IMG/VR virus record: IMGVR_UViG_3300042868_013845
Span: 18,877 to 82,876 of that record
Reading direction: 5' to 3' (one strand)
DNA from: a virus
DNA length: 64,000 nt
The first letter of the stretch is position 1. Every line of letters begins with the position of its first letter. Positions 57,546 to 64,000 of the stretch are shown here, in pieces. The notes under the pieces were generated by a model. The model saw nothing but the letters and a program-made list of their open reading frames with translations, ran no database searches and was not told the origin of the DNA. The translations under genes and the position numbers were made by a program.

Positions 57546-58136
57546 CTAGAGAGCGCTGAGATTTGTGTCAAGATAACGATAAAGCTCAATGGTTTTGTCA
57601 ATGTCATAGCTTGCATCGTGTGCCTGAGCTTCGTCCCAGCCTAACTCAGCGCATTGACATAGCGTAGATAGTTTGAAATTAGGGAGGGCCCCTCTGACTC
57701 TTTTGGTAAACCAAGCTGCCCCCATCATGACACAAATAGGAGGATTCCAAAAATAGCTGCCAAAATAGGCATCGTCATGTTTCTCAAACCAAGATCTTAC
57801 AAACTCGGCATCAAATTTAGCATTATAGGCAACAAAGTGAAGCTTGTCTGATTTATCATAACGATTGACATGCTCTGAGAGCCATGCCACAAACTCACTA
57901 TATGCAGTGCTGCTACTCGTCGGCAAGCTAGCAAGATCTTCTAAACTATAACCATGTTGCGCGAGTGCATCCTCTTGAACGGTTAGTGTCAATGGTCTGA
58001 ATGTAGCATTAAAGCTTGACAAGATTTCAGATGCATCAGACGAAGTGATGCGGGCACTGATCTGAAAAATGTTATGCTGTTCGCGATGTACGCCAGTTGT
58101 TTCAACGTCAATAAAGCAGAGTTTAGGACTATTCAT
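57546..58136 (-). CDS. DEDDh 3'-5' exonuclease (DnaQ-like)
   Basis: FIDVETTG, VAYNAKFD, AHDASYDI. Confidence 0.92.
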   Translation of the reverse strand: MNSPKLCFIDVETTGVHREQHNIFQISARITSSDASEILSSFNATFRPLTLTVQEDALAQHGYSLEDLASLPTSSSTAYSEFVAWLSEHVNRYDKSDKLHFVAYNAKFDAEFVRSWFEKHDDAYFGSYFWNPPICVMMGAAWFTKRVRGALPNFKLSTLCQCAELGWDEAQAHDASYDIDKTIELYRYLDTNLSAL

Positions 58137-58693
58137 AGTTGTGGTATTAGATTTTTAAGTGTAAAGGTTTCAAGTTCTTGCGCATCTTTGCACGTAGGCC
58201 AAACAAAATCAATGTCAGCATGATCACGTAACCATGCATTATTAACCCGCTCATATTCATTCGGTGCTGGCACTGGTGAACCATCGTCTTGTAGACGAGA
58301 TAAGTAAATGCTCGATCCACCTTTTTGTTTTAGCCACTCATATTCATTACTAAAACGAAGATCAGTAATTACAAGCACATCTGCATCAGATTCTGTCCAA
58401 GCTGGATTATGAGCCAAACATTCGATCCAATGATCTTGATTTTTGTTTCTGCGAAACTCTGTGCCCCAAAAAACAAGAAAGGGTCTTATAACCGCTTTTT
58501 GTACAGGATCAGATGTCCACGCCGATATGCCAGTCTTAGAGATTAGAAATTCATCAACTTCACGTTTAAGCTCATCAGCAAAGGCAAATCTTTGGGTCTT
58601 TAGATTTTGAGAACTATAATAGTTTTCAAGTATGCTATAAAGGCGATCTTTGCCCGAGTGTGCATGTCCAGCAATTGCGATTATTTTTTTCAT
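58133..58693 (-). CDS. Deoxynucleoside monophosphate kinase (T4 gp1-like)
   Basis: IAGHAHSGKD, FAFADELK, RPFLVFWGTE, VITDLRFSNE. Confidence 0.9.
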   Translation of the reverse strand: MKKIIAIAGHAHSGKDRLYSILENYYSSQNLKTQRFAFADELKREVDEFLISKTGISAWTSDPVQKAVIRPFLVFWGTEFRRNKNQDHWIECLAHNPAWTESDADVLVITDLRFSNEYEWLKQKGGSSIYLSRLQDDGSPVPAPNEYERVNNAWLRDHADIDFVWPTCKDAQELETFTLKNLIPQL

Positions 58694-58764
58694 ATGCGTT
58701 AATACTACTATAATTTATGACGTTTGTAAACTACTATTTTCATAGATTTATAAATATATTCACT

Positions 58765-59703
58765 ATGAAAAAGAAAATAATGTTTTATGGAAATTGCCAA
58801 TTAGGAGTTTTAAGTAAAATGTTAGAAATTAATACACCGCGATTTAATGAACAATATGAAATACTAAAAGCCGCAGATTATGATTTGGCTACCATATGGA
58901 ATAAAGAATCTGGTGTTGTTTCTCCCTTTATGTATGTGTCAACTACTGAATATGGATTTGCTACTGACAACACCATAAAATCGTTGGAAAGAATTATTGA
59001 TGAAGCAGATATTATTGTATTTCAAAATTTTAATATGTCCGCTGATAGACGCATCGAATTGACTACAGATTATATCTATGACAAATATCATACAAATAAA
59101 CAAATGATATGCATTCCATCATTTTGGTTTTCTGGCTATTTGTCTGAAAATAACAAAAATAATTTACAAATGCCATATATTTTTCTATGGCTTCTAGAAA
59201 AGGGATTAAATAATGCGCAAATACTGGATTGGTTAAAAAACGAAAACGATCCGAAAATTGCAAACTTAATAGATTATAATGTAAATAATTGTTTAGAAGA
59301 ACTTAAACAAAGAGAAGTAGATGAACGTTCTAAATACAAATGTTTCATAAGCATTGATGATATTCTAAATCAATATAAAGAAAATATCATATGTTATAAT
59401 ATGAGTCACCCTAATGAATATTACTTTAAGATGTTATATGAAAAACTGATTAATGTTTTAGATAAAAATTTATACTATAATATAAATGAAGATGATATGG
59501 ATTTACCTGGACCTGATTTTTCTCCGTTTCCATTGGATTTATGTTGGTTTAGAGAAAACTTTAAAAATTTAAATGTTTCACGCAAAAAATATACAACCTT
59601 CATAGACATTGATTTTGTAAATACTCAAATTGAATCGCTTAAAACGCTTACCGATAAAGATTTGCAAATATTACAACCAAAATTAAATTTACTTAGAGAA
59701 TAA
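58765..59703 (+). CDS. WcbI-like polysaccharide biosynthesis protein (start corrected)
   Basis: IMFYGNCQ, IPSFWFSGY, YNMSHP; TATAAATA at 58749-58756. Confidence 0.7.
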   Translation: MKKKIMFYGNCQLGVLSKMLEINTPRFNEQYEILKAADYDLATIWNKESGVVSPFMYVSTTEYGFATDNTIKSLERIIDEADIIVFQNFNMSADRRIELTTDYIYDKYHTNKQMICIPSFWFSGYLSENNKNNLQMPYIFLWLLEKGLNNAQILDWLKNENDPKIANLIDYNVNNCLEELKQREVDERSKYKCFISIDDILNQYKENIICYNMSHPNEYYFKMLYEKLINVLDKNLYYNINEDDMDLPGPDFSPFPLDLCWFRENFKNLNVSRKKYTTFIDIDFVNTQIESLKTLTDKDLQILQPKLNLLRE

Positions 59704-59712
59704 TATCATCAT

Positions 59713-60300
59713 ATGTTAAATTCAGAATTAGTAGTATCGCATTATAATGAAGACCTTTCTTGGTTAAATTCTGTGTCTTCAAATTTTGATAAAATTACGG
59801 TATATCATAAAGGAGCTGATATGTCTTTTGATAATGTTTTGCCTAATATAGGCAGAGAATCTCATACCTATCTTTGGCATATAGTAAATGCAAGTGAATA
59901 TGCAGAAAATACAGTTTTTACCCAAGGTAATCCATTAGACCATATCAGTGACATAAATTTATTATGCAAATTTACTGAAAGTCCATTTGAATGGATTGGC
60001 GATTATTGCTATATGTCTAATCAATTCGGCAAACCATGGTGCGGAGAGTGGAATTTCCCCTGCGCTGAAGTTGCATCAGTAGCCAATATTCAATTGCCAA
60101 GTTGGTGGTCATTTTGTCCATATGCAAATTTTAAATTAAGTAGTGAATGCTTAATTAAATTTAAACCTCTTGCTCATACTCTTTTGGAAAATTTAAATTG
60201 GCCTACAAATACAATTTTACAAGAGACTGAATATGAATATAGAACACCTTGGGCAATAGAACGTTTGTGGGAATTTTTATGTTTGCAAAATTTTAAATAA
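59713..60300 (+). CDS. DUF3431-like protein (putative glycosyltransferase)
   Basis: VVSHYNEDLSW, LPNIGRESHTYLWHI, FTQGNP, IERLW. Confidence 0.8.
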   Translation: MLNSELVVSHYNEDLSWLNSVSSNFDKITVYHKGADMSFDNVLPNIGRESHTYLWHIVNASEYAENTVFTQGNPLDHISDINLLCKFTESPFEWIGDYCYMSNQFGKPWCGEWNFPCAEVASVANIQLPSWWSFCPYANFKLSSECLIKFKPLAHTLLENLNWPTNTILQETEYEYRTPWAIERLWEFLCLQNFK

Positions 60301-60309
60301 TAAAATCAT

Positions 60310-61029
60310 TTAAGACAGAAACTTTTTAATTTCTTCTTCTTTATCATCTATTCCACCCCAACTCCAATATTGAATTACACATGATTCAGGCAGAGGAATT
60401 GGACCATGAGTATCTTGCCATTCAATAAGCTGTGGATAATATTTTTCACATATAGCACCGATAATATTAAATTCAGAAATTTCTCTATTATCTATAGAAC
60501 GAACTAGTTCATGAAAAGAAACACCATGTACACTTTCAAGATAATCGCGCGTGTGTTTATAAATTTCTCTTGGATAGACTAGCGGCATTTTTCGCATATA
60601 TTCATAATCTACTTCAAATTTTACAATTCTTTCAGTAATAGATTTCCAAGGAGTCTCAATATTTGTATGTGCACTTTTTAAATTTAATGGTTTAGTGCCA
60701 TCTGAATTGATAAAGGATTGTAATGTAATATCTCGTGTAAAAATCACATCAGAATCAACATGAACAATAATATCAGAAGTGGTATATAAATCAGAAAACA
60801 TTTTTGTTGCTTGTTGGCCAACATAATCATCGCTAGGATGTATCGCTTCACACTCAATAAATTTAAAACCGTGTTTATTTACAATAGGCTCAATAACTTC
60901 TCTTGAACTTTCAGGTGCAGTTACGATTACAGAGGAATATCCCGTTACAAATTTATGAATTGATTGTAAGCTATAGTTCAACCACTTCGCATCTCCGCTA
61001 TATGTTCTATAAAAAATGTCGTATGTCAT
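60310..61029 (-). CDS. GT-A fold glycosyltransferase-like (DUF6492-like)
   Basis: YVGQQATK, VDSDVIF, SEFNIIG. Confidence 0.65.
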   Translation of the reverse strand: MTYDIFYRTYSGDAKWLNYSLQSIHKFVTGYSSVIVTAPESSREVIEPIVNKHGFKFIECEAIHPSDDYVGQQATKMFSDLYTTSDIIVHVDSDVIFTRDITLQSFINSDGTKPLNLKSAHTNIETPWKSITERIVKFEVDYEYMRKMPLVYPREIYKHTRDYLESVHGVSFHELVRSIDNREISEFNIIGAICEKYYPQLIEWQDTHGPIPLPESCVIQYWSWGGIDDKEEEIKKFLS

Positions 61030-61060
61030 ATTTTTTATTTATTACTCTTAAAAATTTCTA

Positions 61061-61390
61061 TCAAAACAGATTGAGTTTACTTAGTGTTACAAGGCTGTTT
61101 ATGTAGAGACTATAGGGCATATCATCCATATCATAGCTCTGCTTTATCTCACTTATTGTATCATCAGGCAATATTTCATACGATGATATTTTTTTAATTA
61201 TATCATCATCTTTTGGATCATAGTGTATATAGATCAAATTATTTTTAATTATATAGCGATAGATGTGCATAGCTAGACGTAATATTTCATATTCCGTCAG
61301 TGTAAGCAAGTTACACTTGTATTCTACCAACGGAATAATAGTTTGTAAACCAAAAAATGAAATATTTTTAAGCTCCAAGTACTTGAACAA
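61061..61390 (-). CDS. Hypothetical protein
   Basis: 109 aa ORF overlapping the phoH end. Confidence 0.45.
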   Translation of the reverse strand: MFKYLELKNISFFGLQTIIPLVEYKCNLLTLTEYEILRLAMHIYRYIIKNNLIYIHYDPKDDDIIKKISSYEILPDDTISEIKQSYDMDDMPYSLYINSLVTLSKLNLF

Positions 61391-62114
61391 TATATCTTAA
61401 GATCTTGCTGCGAACAATTTCATTTTGACCAAACTTGAAATTATATATGCCTTGACTATTCGCATCACCACGACCAGCAAATGCATCAAAGATCTCAGTA
61501 AATCCACTAAGCTTGCCAATATCGCTCTGAGCCTTGTCTCCGCAAATAGCATATCGAGTGTCCTTGCCAAACCGAGTTAGGATTGTCACAAGCTCGCTCT
61601 TTGTTAGATTTTGCGCTTCGTCAACAATAACAAATGCTCGATTGAATGTTAGTCCTCTTACGAAGTTTACAGGCACAGCACTAAGTACATCATGACTTTT
61701 TAAAATAGCAGCAACATTATCACCACAAATCTCAGTTACCTTTTCCATAAGTGGCATTGCATAGGGACCAAACTTATCATCAATTTCTCCAGGCAATGCA
61801 CCAATACTGCGACTAGCACTTTCAATAACGCTACGAATATAAATGATGCTATCGACCTTTTGTTCCTTTAGGCATTGCAATGCACTAAGAACAGCCAAAT
61901 AACTTTTTGCAGTGCCCGCTGGGCCATCGACAAAGGCTATTTTTGTTTGATCAGCCATACAGCAATCCTTAAATTCCTTATGAAGAGGATTAAGATGAAA
62001 GCTATTTTTAATTGTAAAATCTGTGCTCCAATTGAAGCTCAATGATTTTTCAATAGCGTTGTGTGGCTCCGATGTTGTTTTTGATTTGCGTGTTGTTTGT
62101 TTTCTTGCTGGCAT
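61368..62114 (-). CDS. phoH: PhoH-like ATPase
   Basis: GPAGTAKS, GALPG, FVRGLTF, IVDEAQN, GDKAQSD, IVRS. Confidence 0.95.
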   Translation of the reverse strand: MPARKQTTRKSKTTSEPHNAIEKSLSFNWSTDFTIKNSFHLNPLHKEFKDCCMADQTKIAFVDGPAGTAKSYLAVLSALQCLKEQKVDSIIYIRSVIESASRSIGALPGEIDDKFGPYAMPLMEKVTEICGDNVAAILKSHDVLSAVPVNFVRGLTFNRAFVIVDEAQNLTKSELVTILTRFGKDTRYAICGDKAQSDIGKLSGFTEIFDAFAGRGDANSQGIYNFKFGQNEIVRSKILRYIVQVLGA

Positions 62115-62125
62115 AGACGTAAAAA

Positions 62126-62156
62126 AGGCCAGACTGAAACGTGTTCAATCTGGCCT
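62126..62156 (-). terminator. Intrinsic terminator
   Basis: AGGCCAGATTGAAC..TTCAGTCTGGCCT plus T run on the minus strand. Confidence 0.7.
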
Positions 62157-62181
62157 GCTTGTTAGAGTTGTTTAGCATGAC

Positions 62182-62421
62182 TTATTGTTCGATGATCATT
62201 CTACGATATTCATAGTCGCTATGAAAACGCTGGCCTCGACCCTCTAATACACCTTCTTTGAATTGATAGCTTTTGCCCTCAATTAGATGTATCTGTGGTG
62301 GATCGTATAGTGCCGAGTTGTTCAATGTATCTCTGTTTTCGAAGCAACAGTCTACGAGTTTGCAGCTTACTAGTTGCATCACCAATAGCAGAGATACGAT
62401 CAATTTCATCTTCAATTTCAT
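62182..62421 (-). CDS. Lipoprotein, candidate o-spanin
   Basis: Hydrophobic signal ending LVSC; overlaps the upstream ORF out of frame. Confidence 0.5.
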   Translation of the reverse strand: MKLKMKLIVSLLLVMQLVSCKLVDCCFENRDTLNNSALYDPPQIHLIEGKSYQFKEGVLEGRGQRFHSDYEYRRMIIEQ

Positions 62422-62506
62422 CGATTCTTGATTCCCGTTTTAGCTGCACATAGAGACAATATGCTCTGCATGCTTCAATAACGGCGGTTAATAGTTGAGA
62501 GATCAC
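62279..62506 (-). CDS. Candidate i-spanin
   Basis: Hydrophobic N-terminus then charged coiled coil. Confidence 0.45.
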   Translation of the reverse strand: MISQLLTAVIEACRAYCLYVQLKRESRIDEIEDEIDRISAIGDATSKLQTRRLLLRKQRYIEQLGTIRSTTDTSN

Positions 62507-62697
62507 TTAGTGCCTTTGTCTTTTGCTTTACCAATATTCAATGCTAGAAAATCAATAATGCCATAGACTTTGGCGAGAGTGCTGCCTGGTTTAGGTGTTG
62601 GTGTTACACTAGCAATCGCACTTGCGAGGCTGATTGCACTTGTAACTACAACAAACCAAGGATATTGTTCAACCAATTTTAATAGTTCTTCGATCAT
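62503..62697 (-). CDS. Small membrane protein, holin-like
   Basis: TM segment, ASVTPTPK, IDFLALNIGKAK. Confidence 0.6.
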   Translation of the reverse strand: MIEELLKLVEQYPWFVVVTSAISLASAIASVTPTPKPGSTLAKVYGIIDFLALNIGKAKDKGTK

Positions 62698-62735
62698 ATC
62701 TTTTATTTTGTTAATGGAATTATTTCCATTTATAT

Positions 62736-63023
62736 TTATAAAAAGACACCTTTGAGTTTATCGTCTATTGATGCCGCATCATGAACACCAACAATTGCTT
62801 CGCATGGCGTGTCATTTTTAAAGATGATTAGTAGCGGCATCTCATTGATATTGCGATCAATACAAATGCGACAATTAACAATATGGTGTATGCTGCTAAA
62901 AATATCCTCATTTATATCAAAGCTTTGATATGATATATCATATGAGACCGCTGAGTCCTTTACACTTTGAACATATGGCAGACATGTCGCACAGCTGCTA
63001 TTGTATATCATTACTAGTTTCAT
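62736..63023 (-). CDS. Thioredoxin/glutaredoxin-like protein
   Basis: CATC motif, MPLLIIFK. Confidence 0.65.
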   Translation of the reverse strand: MKLVMIYNSSCATCLPYVQSVKDSAVSYDISYQSFDINEDIFSSIHHIVNCRICIDRNINEMPLLIIFKNDTPCEAIVGVHDAASIDDKLKGVFL

Positions 63024-63873
63024 ATGCAAAATAAAGGTTAGGTGTGTAGCTTTTAATTATACTCCACGATTTTACTCGATCTGGAGCTAATCCCATTGAA
63101 AGTGATAGCTCTTTATTTCTCTTATCATTCCAACTATTTGGCTCATAGTTTGCTAAACGCTCAGTTGTGGAGTGTGGTATATGCATGACACTATAATCAT
63201 GATTTATGATTATTTTTCTTTTACCGCTAGCTAATATACGATTATGTAAATCAGTATCATCATAACCATAGCCATTGAAATGTTCATTATAACCTTTAAC
63301 TGCGATTAGATATTCTCTTCGCGCATAGCATAGTCCGCTTAAATGTTGAAAAATTGGTTTTGGAATATCATTATTTTCTTCACAATATGACCAACATCCA
63401 GTATAAAAAGAATCATTTTGAACTGGATGAGATTTAAAAAAATTATAATACGGATTTAGAAAATAATCAGTATCAAGTTTTAAGACATATTCTAGGGTCG
63501 AATTGTCAAGAGCTAGATTAAATGCCTGTGAAATATTAAAGTATTTTTGATCTTCAACACGTACTATTTTTATGCGCTTGTCAAGCTTAAGCAGATCATA
63601 TAGTGGTTGTTTGCTATTCCAATCTACAATAACAATCTCTCCAATTTCTGAGAAATTCAACCATGACATAATATTGACTTTAAGAATCTCCATGCGATTC
63701 ATGCATGCACATATGACACTGATCTTTCCATCAACATTAATATTACTAGGTTTTATTTGATATGATATTGGATTTGGAGATAGCAATGTCGTATGAGATC
63801 CACATGCTTGCGAAATATTATAGCTATCAACATCAGTAGCTTCAAGTATATAATTTTTTGGCAAACATGACAA
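62998..63873 (-). CDS. Glycosyltransferase (GT2/GT7 galactosyltransferase-like)
   Basis: CACMNR, IVIVDWNS, LKLDTD, GYNEHFNGYGYDDTD. Confidence 0.85.
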   Translation of the reverse strand: MSCLPKNYILEATDVDSYNISQACGSHTTLLSPNPISYQIKPSNINVDGKISVICACMNRMEILKVNIMSWLNFSEIGEIVIVDWNSKQPLYDLLKLDKRIKIVRVEDQKYFNISQAFNLALDNSTLEYVLKLDTDYFLNPYYNFFKSHPVQNDSFYTGCWSYCEENNDIPKPIFQHLSGLCYARREYLIAVKGYNEHFNGYGYDDTDLHNRILASGKRKIIINHDYSVMHIPHSTTERLANYEPNSWNDKRNKELSLSMGLAPDRVKSWSIIKSYTPNLYFAYETSNDIQ

Positions 63874-64000
63874 TGCTTCGACATATTGCGAGGCCTCATA
63901 ATAATTTATACGAAAACCAATAATAATTATCTTTTTATAAAATTTAGAAATTTTTAATAAATTATCTTTAATAATAAAAAATGAAGAGGGATTAAAATCA

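Noticed and set aside
50685-57559. ORF-track entries such as 50685, 51207, 51283, 51370, 53992, 55290, 55735, 55941, 56408, 57374
   Set aside because: They overlap tRNA/ncRNA genes or promoters and are chance frames

Overview
This window is part of a large AT-rich T4-superfamily myophage genome; the host cannot be determined from it. 1-38 kb is the neck, tail fibre and baseplate module (gp13-15, long fibres, VrlC-like protein, gp8/7/6/25, a split gp5 with CHAP and 3D-domain hydrolases, gp53/48/4/54/26/51, tape measure). 38-47 kb holds gp32/59/33, a probable DNA base-hypermodification operon (two aGPT-Pplase/AADT-like genes, an SGNH-like gene, a PLP enzyme) and DNA ligase. 47-57.5 kb is an RNA island: tmRNA, 27 intact tRNAs covering all 20 amino acids, one tRNA with a 33-nt anticodon-loop insert, a GIY-YIG endonuclease after a truncated tRNA, and several unexplained structured RNAs. 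These are interleaved with late-promoter ORFs sharing an N-terminal motif (candidate packaged internal head proteins), and the tRNA array is bracketed by a perfect 24-bp inverted repeat. 57.5-64 kb holds an exonuclease, dNMP kinase, glycosylation genes, PhoH and a candidate holin/spanin trio. The most notable observations are the leader-tagged cargo genes among the tRNAs, the hypermodification operon, the 24-bp repeat with its ncRNAs, and a likely -1 frameshift fusing gp26 to gp51. All calls come from reading motifs and synteny by eye; no searches were run.
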